Part shown: piece after piece, positions 32,476-40,996 of the stretch | How the letters are laid out: every line of letters begins with the position of its first letter | Position numbering within the stretch: position 1 is the stretch's first letter | NCBI GenBank assembly: GCA_041391465.1 | Contig: JAWKNX010000006.1 | Location: forward strand, 32,789-96,788 | Reading direction: 5' to 3' | From: Bdellovibrionales bacterium | GTDB lineage: Bacteria; Bdellovibrionota; Bdellovibrionia; Bdellovibrionales; UBA1609 | DNA length: 64,000 nt | Notes under the pieces: model-generated | What the model was told of the DNA's origin: nothing | Database searches by the model: none | Seen by the model: the letters and a program-made list of their open reading frames with translations, nothing else | Made by a program: the position numbers and the translations under genes

Positions 32476-33507
32476 TTAAGGTACGTCACGGAGAATATCC
32501 AAGTTAGCGTCATAAACGTCCACACCATTGGCTTCTCCTAGATCTGTTGCCCAATCAATAATAAGTGAGTGAATGGATCCAAATGCCAGTGCTCCTCTCA
32601 CAGTCGCCTGTTGCTGCGAAGTTAAACCACTGGGAAGAGTTATCAATCCGAAATCCAGGCCTGCAGAAAGCACTAAAGCAAAATGGGATACCGTATCCAC
32701 TTCAACACCAGCATAAACCAATGCACCTTCAACTTGGCTTCTTACCGAAGAATTCATACCATTGATCAGCATTTCAGTTGCAGAAAGCAAAAAGTCATCT
32801 AGCTGAGCTCCGGTATAAGTCGCACCATTAACTCCATCATAAAATACTTCAACTGTGCCATAGGTTATTCCATAAATATTGTTGGAGTAAAATGTTGACA
32901 AATTTGTAACTAAATGAGGGCAAGCGTCTGAACCCAAAGAGCAAACAAACTCTCTATATTCTATTTGTTGTTCCACACCATAGGCTGGCGATAAGGAACC
33001 ACCATTCATATAAAAGTTTTTTGCCGCAATTACGTCAGATGTAATGCTCGAAGCTGCCGGATGATTTGCATCAATGGCCAAATCTAAAACTTTAGCAAAA
33101 TGAAATAACGTATCTACTTCTGTAGCTGCAAACTCTAACATAGTATAAAGATCTTGTAGTTCTTGACTGCTTGATGCCTGAGCAATTTGGAGAGCCGTAT
33201 CGTCTGCCCATTGATTAAATTCACTTTGAGTATAGGGAAGACCGTTATTAAAAGACGTTTCGCCAAATGGGACTGGTTCATCCCGCTCTTCTGAAAAGAA
33301 AATATTTGATGCAATAAAACTCGTATCAACTTCTGCAGGCTTATCTAGATACCAACGTATAAAGTAATGTGAGGTTGGATCATTACCAACACCCCAATAG
33401 TCACAATATTCTTGTGGGTAGTCTGTCGGACAGCCCTGGGCCAATGCTGACTCGGTAATACCAAAAGCCATTAAACCCATTACGAGTGTTCTTATAAATT
33501 TTTTCAT
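32476..33507 (-). CDS. secreted two-module paralog 3 (unrecognised family)
   Basis: The product is 343 aa with signal ...ITESALA/QGC and Cys pairs CPTDYPQEYC and FVCSLGSDAC. The module helices are AATEVDTLFHFAKVL and AGVEVDTVSHFALVL...ITLP. The C-terminus is NGVDVYDANLDILRDVP. Confidence 0.8.
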   Translation of the reverse strand: MKKFIRTLVMGLMAFGITESALAQGCPTDYPQEYCDYWGVGNDPTSHYFIRWYLDKPAEVDTSFIASNIFFSEERDEPVPFGETSFNNGLPYTQSEFNQWADDTALQIAQASSSQELQDLYTMLEFAATEVDTLFHFAKVLDLAIDANHPAASSITSDVIAAKNFYMNGGSLSPAYGVEQQIEYREFVCSLGSDACPHLVTNLSTFYSNNIYGITYGTVEVFYDGVNGATYTGAQLDDFLLSATEMLINGMNSSVRSQVEGALVYAGVEVDTVSHFALVLSAGLDFGLITLPSGLTSQQQATVRGALAFGSIHSLIIDWATDLGEANGVDVYDANLDILRDVP

Positions 33508-33552
33508 TATTCCCCCATTTTTTAGGTTTATATTTTTATATTTTATTGAATC

Positions 33553-33581
33553 ACAAGAAAAGGAGAGGTTTCCCTCTCCTT
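33553..33581 (-). terminator. intrinsic terminator after paralog 4
   Basis: The stem is AAGGAGAGG / CCTCTCCTT (33560-33568 / 33573-33581) with loop TTTC. On the minus strand it is followed by TTTCTTG. Confidence 0.7.
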
Positions 33582-33606
33582 AATAAAAATTCAATGTCAT
33601 TTATAA

Positions 33607-34716
33607 TTAAGGTAAATCTCTCAAGGTGTCCGTTTGTGCATCATAAATGTCTACGTTATTAACTTCCGCAACATCCTTGACCCACTCATATATCCAACCG
33701 TCGATTTCACCATCAGCAAGACGTTGCTTTCCAACTTGCTTTTGCCATTCTAATATTTCACTCGGCATTTCTACCATTTCATATTCCAAAGCCATATGGA
33801 GAATTTTTGCAAATTGCGCGACAGTATCCACTTCAAGGCCGGCATTGAATAACGCTAGATCAACTTGAGATTTTACAGAACTGCTCATGCCATTTACAAT
33901 CATAGCCTCGGCAGCCGCAAGTAGACTATCGAATTCTCTTTCCGAATAGGCAACTCCTGTGTCGAAAACAATATCGAATGGCTCCTGATTTGGGTAAAGA
34001 GGATCACTTTGCGATCTATTGCCTTCAAAAAACACAGCAACATCCGAGTAGGTAACACCGTCACTATTGGATGAGAAGTATTGAGCTGTAGACGTTATTT
34101 CAGGTGGGCAAGCATCAGCAACACCATTCACATTCTGCAGAGAACAAACAAATTCCCTATAAGCAATCATCTTTTGTGTCGGATCCATCGACTCCGGCGG
34201 AGGAAAACCACCGATCAAATAAAAATATACTGTTTCAACGTCATATGGAATTTGCCCTGCACCGGGGTGATTAATTGTTATTAGAAAGTCGAGTACATAC
34301 GCAAAATGTTCGAACGTGTCCACTTCGAAAAGGGCATACTCGAGCACCTGATATAGATCTAAATATTCGGAAGTGGTTTCCGCTGTGGCAATCATTCCCT
34401 GAACATCGGAAACCCATTGATCAAATTCAGACTGTCTGTAGGTTAGATCACCTACACTATAAATTGGGTCATTCATAAGTATTGGAGCCGTATCGAATCT
34501 CTCTTCGGCAAAGAAAATGCTAGACGCTATAAAACTCTGGTCCGGATCATATCCCGGCTCGAGATACCACCGATAAAAAATGGGGGCTACGTTATTCTGG
34601 TTTAACCCTTGGCAAATTTCATCCGGCCAGTCCTGCGGACAACTTTGTGCGAGCGCTGATTCACTCAAGCTAAAAGCCATCAGGCCCATTGTTAATAGTG
34701 ATAATAGTTTCCTCAT
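33607..34716 (-). CDS. secreted two-module paralog 4 (unrecognised family)
   Basis: The product is 369 aa with signal ...LSESALA/QSC and Cys pairs CPQDWPDEIC and FVCSLQNVNGVADAC. The module helices are ALFEVDTFEHFAYVL and AGLEVDTVAQFAKIL. The C-terminus is NNVDIYDAQTDTLRDLP. Confidence 0.8.
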   Translation of the reverse strand: MRKLLSLLTMGLMAFSLSESALAQSCPQDWPDEICQGLNQNNVAPIFYRWYLEPGYDPDQSFIASSIFFAEERFDTAPILMNDPIYSVGDLTYRQSEFDQWVSDVQGMIATAETTSEYLDLYQVLEYALFEVDTFEHFAYVLDFLITINHPGAGQIPYDVETVYFYLIGGFPPPESMDPTQKMIAYREFVCSLQNVNGVADACPPEITSTAQYFSSNSDGVTYSDVAVFFEGNRSQSDPLYPNQEPFDIVFDTGVAYSEREFDSLLAAAEAMIVNGMSSSVKSQVDLALFNAGLEVDTVAQFAKILHMALEYEMVEMPSEILEWQKQVGKQRLADGEIDGWIYEWVKDVAEVNNVDIYDAQTDTLRDLP

Positions 34717-34751
34717 ACGTCCCCCTGTTTATTGTTTTTTTATTTAATTTT

Positions 34752-34780
34752 AAAAAAGAAACTCTTGCTTGGAGATTTCT
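34752..34780 (-). promoter_or_regulatory. terminator-like hairpin + U-run inside the 5' leader of paralog 4
   Basis: The minus strand reads AGAAATCTCCAAGCAAGAGTTTCT, an imperfect stem of about 9 bp, followed by TTTTTTAAAA. It lies about 36 nt before the start codon. Confidence 0.3.
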
Positions 34781-34820
34781 ATTGTTAACTTAAAAACTCT
34801 CACGGATTATTTCGACAAGA

Positions 34821-35087
34821 CTTATTCCCAACTATTTAGATTCAACCAAAATATCATTTCTTTTTTTGAAACGACTTTATTTAAAACAGCATTTATTTTA
34901 TTTCCCCGTTTACCCGTGCAGTGATTTACTTTAGTTGTTGGAGCACAGGACATGCCATGCGAGCTGGGCGTAGGTTTTATTTCGCGTTAATTTTATGTTA
35001 AGGATGTATTCACCGGCTAAAAGTTCGACAATTTTTGGGAAATTTTAATCCTCAAATGAAACATATTGCAGCTGAAGTTTTAAGCAA
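34821..35087. repeat. conserved intergenic block, copy B (upstream of paralog 4), includes a shared 5' leader segment
   Basis: It aligns with copy C over about 270 bp and with copy A over the 146-bp core (34942-35087). Confidence 0.8.
34942..34957 (-). promoter_or_regulatory. putative sigma-54 (-24/-12) promoter for paralog 4
   Basis: The minus strand reads TGGCATGTCCTGTGCT, with the same GG-N10-GC geometry. It lies about 225 nt upstream of the ATG at 34716. Confidence 0.55.
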
Positions 35088-35242
35088 CGGCCTCTTCTAA
35101 CGCATCGCAAATAAATGCCGATCGGATATTGAGACTCAAAATGAGGTGAATTTATAAGAACAAACTTAAAAAAAAATTGCACCCTCAAGTGCAATTGTAA
35201 AAATACTTAGCGTTTTGTTTTGAAATACTAATGAGCATTGTT

Positions 35243-35270
35243 TTTTAAAAAAGAGAGGGCAATGGCCCTC
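35243..35270 (-). terminator. intrinsic terminator after paralog 5
   Basis: The GC stem is GAGGGC / GCCCTC (35255-35260 / 35265-35270) with loop AATG. On the minus strand it is followed by TCTTTTTTAAAAAA. Confidence 0.7.
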
Positions 35271-35292
35271 CCTTAAATTGATGTCTCTATTA

Positions 35293-36378
35293 TTACTGTA
35301 ATGAAACGTCTAGAAGCATGCCATAATATGAGCTGTAAACATCCACATTGTGAAATTCTGCAATCTCTAAGGCCCAATCATAGATCGCCGGATGAATAAT
35401 CCCTTCAGCCAACCCTTGCGCAACACTTTCTTCTGCTTGAGGAGTAAATCCTGTTGGCAGTGTAATTATCCCAAAATCAAGAGCTGTTCCAAGTACTTTT
35501 GCAAAATGCTCTACTGTATCAACCTCGGTTCCTGCGAAAGCCAATGCTGCTTCAACTTCAGTGCGAGTCGCAGAGTCCATACCATTAATGTGCATGTCAG
35601 TTATTGAACTTAAAAAGTCAACCAGCTCTTCCTCTAAGTATGGCACTCCACTGCTGAACGGTTGATGAAACGGCTCCTGATTCGTTATGATAGTAACGCT
35701 TTCACTGCGATCCTGTTCAAAAAATACGGCCGCAGACTCATAGGAAATTCCATATCGGTTGTTACTATAATAATCGTTTTTATTTGTAATAACTGTCGGG
35801 CAGGCATCTGAGCCCAAATTACATATAAATTCTCTGTACTCAACTTCTTGGTGCACACCTTTTGAAAAAGATAATGCCCCTCCGTTTAGATAATAATTAT
35901 TAGCTGCAATAATGCCTATTGTTAAATCATCCGCCGAGGGGTGATCAGCATCAATTGCTAAGTTGAGTACTCCAGCAAAATGAAAAATTGAATCCACTTC
36001 TACCGCAGCATATGCAAGCATATCCCAAATAGGTTCCAACTCTACGGAGTTAATAGCATCATCAATCATTTTGCCCGTGGACTCGTACCAATCCTCAAAT
36101 TCGTTTTGAGTATAAACAAGACCATTATCATATACTACAGCTCCCAGCGGAGGGGGTGAATTCCATTCCGTCCTGTCTTGCGAATAGAATATGTAAGAAG
36201 ATAGGAACGTATCATATCTATCTGAGGGATGTGTATAATACCACTCAAAGAAGAAATCGACGGAAGCTTGTCCAGTAATAAAGGTATCACATAGATCATT
36301 ACAGTTATCAGCCAAGGCTGATTTGGCAAAGCCCAGCGTAAGTAAGCATGCCACAGCTAGTGTTTTTAATTTTTTCAC
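35293..36378 (-). CDS. secreted two-module paralog 5 (unrecognised family)
   Basis: The product is 361 aa with a GTG start, signal ...GFAKSALA/DNC and Cys pairs CNDLC and FICNLGSDAC. The module helices are AAVEVDSIFHFAGVL and AGTEVDTVEHFAKVL...ITLP. Confidence 0.8.
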   Translation of the reverse strand: MKKLKTLAVACLLTLGFAKSALADNCNDLCDTFITGQASVDFFFEWYYTHPSDRYDTFLSSYIFYSQDRTEWNSPPPLGAVVYDNGLVYTQNEFEDWYESTGKMIDDAINSVELEPIWDMLAYAAVEVDSIFHFAGVLNLAIDADHPSADDLTIGIIAANNYYLNGGALSFSKGVHQEVEYREFICNLGSDACPTVITNKNDYYSNNRYGISYESAAVFFEQDRSESVTIITNQEPFHQPFSSGVPYLEEELVDFLSSITDMHINGMDSATRTEVEAALAFAGTEVDTVEHFAKVLGTALDFGIITLPTGFTPQAEESVAQGLAEGIIHPAIYDWALEIAEFHNVDVYSSYYGMLLDVSLQ

Positions 36379-36412
36379 TCGATTCCCCTTTGTTTGTTTA
36401 TTTATTGTTTAA

Positions 36413-36445
36413 ACAAAAATTAAAAAACCTCTTAAAAAGAGATTT
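36413..36445 (-). promoter_or_regulatory. terminator-like hairpin + U-run inside the 5' leader of paralog 5
   Basis: The minus strand reads AAATCTCTT-TTT-AAGAGGTTT (9-bp stem with one G-U), followed by TTTAATTTTTG. It lies about 40 nt before the start codon. Confidence 0.3.
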
Positions 36446-36486
36446 GTCTTAATGCCCAAATTGACTGATGAATTTATTTGAAAGAT

Positions 36487-36757
36487 GTTATTCTCAACAA
36501 TTATGACTCAACCAAAACGCCGCTTCTTTTTTGAAACGACTCTATCTAGAACGGCATTTATTTTTATTAATTTCCCCAAATGCCCATGTGATCATTCACC
36601 TCTTTTGATAGAGCACAGGTCATGCCACGTGAACTGGTCGTAGATCCCTTCTCACGTTAATATTGTGTTAAGGAAGTGTTCGCCGTCGAAAAGTTCGACA
36701 ATTTTTTGGAAATTTTAATCCTCAAATGAAACATATTGCAGATGAAGTTTTAGGCAG
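36487..36757. repeat. conserved intergenic block, copy C (upstream of paralog 5), includes a shared 5' leader segment
   Basis: It aligns with copy B over about 270 bp and with copy A over the core (36612-36757). Confidence 0.8.
36612..36627 (-). promoter_or_regulatory. putative sigma-54 (-24/-12) promoter for paralog 5
   Basis: The minus strand reads TGGCATGACCTGTGCT, with the same geometry. It lies about 235 nt upstream of the GTG at 36378. Confidence 0.55.
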
Positions 36758-36965
36758 ACTTAACACCTAACGTATGGCAAACAAACAACAATTGTGTAAT
36801 GCGGTCTCTTATTGATGCTCCACAATGACAAGGGGTCCGAGATTTCAAACAAAATTCGAGCGGCTTTGTAAAAAAATTCACTATAGATAGTTGTATCCAT
36901 CTGTTGAAATTACCATTCTTTGCCAAAGTCTTGATGCTCGAGTTTGTTTTACAAATACTGCTTTC

Positions 36966-38636
36966 ATGAAAACAAAACATATCATTTTAATATTTACCAT
37001 TTTTAATTCATTAAACGCTTTAGCCACCCCGTCCACTTCATCACAGCATGCAGTTCCAATAGATATACAAAATGCAGGGCCCGATTTGCCGCCGGTGGGA
37101 AGCTCTTTGTTTGACAAAATATTTTATCAAAAAAACAGCCGTAAATATGAGGTGCCGTTCCCCTTGGCGAATATGGTTGATAAAATTGCAGATTTGAGTG
37201 GGAGCGAAAGTATCGTTCATGGATACTTCCCATTTAGCCGTTCACTGCAAAGACCCGTTGATCTGAGTTATAGCCCTTTAGAAAGTCCTAGAACAGTTTT
37301 TGGCGTGGGTCCAAGTGATAACCCCATGCTTTCCAATCGCCTCTATTGGGCTTATGTAAGAGCAAAAGATCAAATGGAAGTGATTTCTTACAACGAAGAG
37401 GCCGGTCGATTTGAGTTTCAAATTCTTCGCGATTACAGTACCAATCCTCAAATCTTTTATGCTCAACGGGCAAAATGTCTTGCTTGCCACCAAAACCAGG
37501 CACCCATACTTTCCATTGCTCCTTGGAACGATTCTGGTAGTTTTAAAAACGGAACTATGCGAAAGGCTCTTTTGTCCGCGCATTCTATTGATAACGGACC
37601 CGATATTACTCCTAATCCAAATCTTGACTATAAACTCGTAGGTGAAACGGACAACACAAGAGAGGACCTTGTCGAATTGGACCGTCGAATTCGTGACGGT
37701 GATGGGCTCGCGAACTTTCAACGTCTTTATGTCTATGGCTGCACGGACAGGCAGTGTCGATTGCAGCTATTGATGCAAATATTTAATCTCTGTAACTTTG
37801 TAGAGCAAACCGACCCCAGCCTCTGCAGTGAAGACCTTAGATACTCGCCACTGAAGTCAAATTTGAGAGATGCAAAATGGGCCAGCTCGGAGCTAAGTGA
37901 AGTGGTCTCTTATCAAGATGATGCTTTAGTAAAACTCTCTTATGATGTGATTGAGGGGCCAGTCAGTCCTTTTGATCGAGCCAAACTTGCAGCACCCTAT
38001 TTGTTTAGTAGTCCTGATGCCATGCTGCAAATCATAGAATCTCTGAAAACACTTCCGGCTATATCAAACCCAGCATCTTCGCGCTTGACCGGAACTCGGG
38101 GTTTTTTAGGCTCTTTTACAATAGCCAGCTCGGAAGCCAATTTGTTTAACATTATTCGCGGTACACGAACCAATTACATCTATGATGATATCATGGAGAG
38201 TGTGCAAACCGCCCTCCTCAGTCTATACGAAAAAGGGAGTCCCATTTTTGATGCTCGCCCTTTTAATCAAAAAGAGTTCGTGAACCTCATTCGAAAAGAG
38301 TTAAACTATGGGGAAGATCTGCATTTTAACCTACCTAGTCTCAATGCACGAGAATACGCCCGAGTCCTCAGAGAGCCACTGCCACCAATATTCAGCGAGC
38401 CGGTACTTAATCTATTTATCAATCGATGCGGATCGTGCCATCAATCCGGAGAGCCCTACCCAAATCCGTTTTTGTCCGGGAATGAAGAACAAGTGAAGCA
38501 TCAGATTGGTTCCATAAAAGACCTCATTACAAGAAGAATTACCCGCAGTGAAATGCCACCAACCCGTGAGCTACAGAGGGATTTTCAAAATTCTCCTGAT
38601 TATGATGCTATTCTTGATTATTTAGGCGCTGATTAA
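36966..38636 (+). CDS. secreted protein with two CXXCH heme-binding motifs (C-terminal planctomycete-cytochrome-c-like domain)
   Basis: The Met at 36966 gives the signal peptide MKTKHIILIFTIFNSLNALA/TP. The two motifs are KCLACHQNQAPIL and RCGSCHQSGEPYPNPF...SEMPP. The gene is divergent from paralog 5. Confidence 0.7.
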   Translation: MKTKHIILIFTIFNSLNALATPSTSSQHAVPIDIQNAGPDLPPVGSSLFDKIFYQKNSRKYEVPFPLANMVDKIADLSGSESIVHGYFPFSRSLQRPVDLSYSPLESPRTVFGVGPSDNPMLSNRLYWAYVRAKDQMEVISYNEEAGRFEFQILRDYSTNPQIFYAQRAKCLACHQNQAPILSIAPWNDSGSFKNGTMRKALLSAHSIDNGPDITPNPNLDYKLVGETDNTREDLVELDRRIRDGDGLANFQRLYVYGCTDRQCRLQLLMQIFNLCNFVEQTDPSLCSEDLRYSPLKSNLRDAKWASSELSEVVSYQDDALVKLSYDVIEGPVSPFDRAKLAAPYLFSSPDAMLQIIESLKTLPAISNPASSRLTGTRGFLGSFTIASSEANLFNIIRGTRTNYIYDDIMESVQTALLSLYEKGSPIFDARPFNQKEFVNLIRKELNYGEDLHFNLPSLNAREYARVLREPLPPIFSEPVLNLFINRCGSCHQSGEPYPNPFLSGNEEQVKHQIGSIKDLITRRITRSEMPPTRELQRDFQNSPDYDAILDYLGAD

Positions 38637-38652
38637 TTGAATTATCAATTCA

Positions 38653-40892
38653 TCAGGCCGTAATATTTTGATTTCTTTTGTGAACCAGTACAATCAGTGC
38701 TGGAAGGAAAAGTAAATCAAACACCAGTGCCGCTAACACGCCCGTTGTGGTTAAAAGCCCAAAATTTCTAAGTGGAGCAAAAGAAGCGAAGCTTAATACA
38801 GCGAACTGAGAGCTGAGTATCAAAGTGGTTATGATAATAGCCCGTCCAGACTCATTATAAACCTCGTGAATAATATCCTTAATGGGCAATGTTCCAATTC
38901 GTTTTCGATAACCGTTAAAAATATGAATGGTATCGTCAACCGCAATTCCAACTGTGACAGAGGCAATCATTGCCGTTCCCATATCCAGCCATATGCCAAA
39001 CATACCCATCAATATAAACATCGAAAGCACAGGCAAAAAGTTAGGTATAAAACAATATAGGGCGTCTCTAAATGACTGCCACATAATAGCCATGAGCAAC
39101 AAAATTAAACTAAAACTCACCGCTACGCTTTTAAAGAGATCACTGATTATTAAGTTTTCTTGATCAGAGAACATCTTCCCATGCCCTCCGTATCGCCACT
39201 GTACATCAGTAAAACCAATGGACTTTATCCTCTCTTCAACTTGAGCAACCACTCCTTCAATTTCGTTGGCTCCTTGGACATCGAGATTTAGAGTCATTTT
39301 AAGCCTCTTCTGACTCCGAGATAAAAAATTATATAGATCGTCGCCATCGTAAATGAAAAAATATTGCTGAATAAGGCTGTCATCGTCAGGGACGGCAAAA
39401 AATTCTTGTTTCTCTCCGTGAAAGGCCCAATGCATTTGTTTTAAAACATCAGCCGGTGAAAATACACGGCTTATGCCTTCAATAGCCTCGATTTGACCCT
39501 TTAAATCATCCAAATTCTTTAAAAATTTAGAGCTCAGAATACTATCAGGGTCCGAGTCAAAAACCACATTCACTATAGTCGTACCCGAAAATTGATGGGC
39601 GATTGCTTCTGTCGCTTTATTAATTCGGTGATCGTCGCTAAAAAATTTGTAGAGATTGGATTCAGATTCTACTTGAAACGCAAAATAACTTAACACCAAA
39701 GCACCTAGTAAAAGTCCTATCACGATTCTCTTGGGAAATGTTAATGAAAGTTCAATCGCATAGTTTACAATGTTATCCAAGAAAGCTTTCAGTGAAGAGT
39801 TTTGCCTCCACCCCGAAGATGCAAACCGTATTAAAAGTGGAGGCAACACATAAATAACTAACAAATAAACAAGCAGAACACCCATTCCACCTATCACCGC
39901 AATGCTTTTTACCGGGGGAATGTCGCTCATGGCGAGGGAAAACAATCCCACACTTGTTGTGAGCGCGGAATATAAAGAAGGCTTATTAATTGCCTTAACT
40001 GTGTCAACTACGGCTTCCGCATGCTCAACTCCGGAGTTTTTGGCAGCAATATCCCATTATAAAGGTGAACCGTAAAAGCTGTACTCAGCGCCATCATCAG
40101 AGTGGGTATCATCGAGCCGATTAAATTAAACGGCCAGCCAAACACGCCGAAAAATGACATCGTCACGATAGCTGCCAATAAATTAAAACCTGCTCCCAGT
40201 GCAACTGCCCCTAGAGAGTTGAACAGCAAAAACAACAGAGCAATTCCAATCAACAATGTCAACGGCGCCAGAACGAGCATTATATTATTCAATTCATCAA
40301 ACTGAGCTGTATCAACAGCAAATTCACCACCATAAGCGACAAGGGCGTTTTCCAATTCATGTTTTTTAAGCGATTGTAGAACCTTTTCTTCATAGAATTT
40401 TCTCTCAAAGGAAGTTTGAATATCTTTGGGCTCAACCAAAACCCCAAATACCTTAATATCTTTTGAAACAAAAAAGTCCTTAACGAAGTGGTCTACGCTC
40501 ACACTTTCACTGACTTGGTCAAATGAGGAGTTTTCTGGGTCGTCAGAGCTAATTATAGGTCGAATCTGAAAACCCTCGTCCGTTGCTCGAATGGCCTCAT
40601 AGTCAAATATCGAACCGATGTCTTTTGTTTTATCAAAACTTTTAATTTCATTCACAAAGCGAGACAGCTTCGACAAAAACTTGCTTTCAAAAGCGTTTTC
40701 CGATTCAAACATGAAGAACAAGGACTCTTCATTGTTAAATTCTTTGATGAGTTCTTCGGTGAGAATCCGGCTTTCCAACTCGTGTGGTATGTAAGTCATC
40801 GGTGTGTTAGAAACTAATAACTTAGTGAGAAAAAATAACGAGAGTGCGATGAGCACTACAACAATGAAATTAGCATTTTTTAAATTCAACAT
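38653..40892 (-). pseudogene. RND-superfamily exporter, MMPL/COG1033 type, one frameshift near 40050
   Basis: Two collinear halves (40008-40892 and 38653-39951) each have a TM1 / periplasmic loop / 5-TM bundle. Hand-joining gives ...VHLYNG|IAAKNSGVEHAEAVVDTVKAINKPSLYSALTTSVGLFSLAMSD.... Confidence 0.8.
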
Positions 40893-40996
40893 GATTTATT
40901 CTAACAAGGAAACTCGTTGGTTCAACTAATAGAACTGATTCAATTATTGACTCTTCTGCTAAAATCGTCATCATATTGCTAACGAAGGATTTTAAT

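Noticed and set aside
36621-36659. A + strand mini-ORF ATG CCA CGT ... TAA (MPRELVVDPFSR) in copy C of the repeat.
   Set aside because: The equivalent in copy B encodes an unrelated peptide, and copy A has a stop at codon 3. The ATG is simply the reverse complement of part of the TGGCAT -24 element.
36685-36699. The perfect palindrome GTCGAA-AAG-TTCGAC followed by a T-run, which looks like a small + strand terminator or operator.
   Set aside because: It is perfect only in copy C. Copies A and B keep only the GTTCGAC half, so a hairpin or dyad function is not supported by conservation. The conserved half-site is noted under the sigma-54 finding instead.
36657-36734. A mini-ORF on the minus strand inside the conserved intergenic blocks. 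It reads MFHLRIKISKKLSNF... in copy C, MFHLRIKISQKLSNF* in copy B (from about 35064) and MFHLRTQIFQKTSNY* in copy A (from about 32191).
   Set aside because: Differences between the copies are mostly non-synonymous (about 5 non-synonymous against 1 synonymous between A and B), and the stop position is not conserved in copy C. It also lies upstream of the putative promoter. The conservation is better explained as regulatory DNA.
32069-36757. The possibility that the repeated intergenic blocks are a CRISPR array or MITE-type mobile elements.
   Set aside because: There are only three copies, each 150-270 bp and spaced 1.6-2.9 kb apart. Each is in the same position and orientation relative to a paralogous gene, with no terminal inverted repeats or target-site duplications seen. 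This pattern fits promoter regions co-duplicated with the genes.
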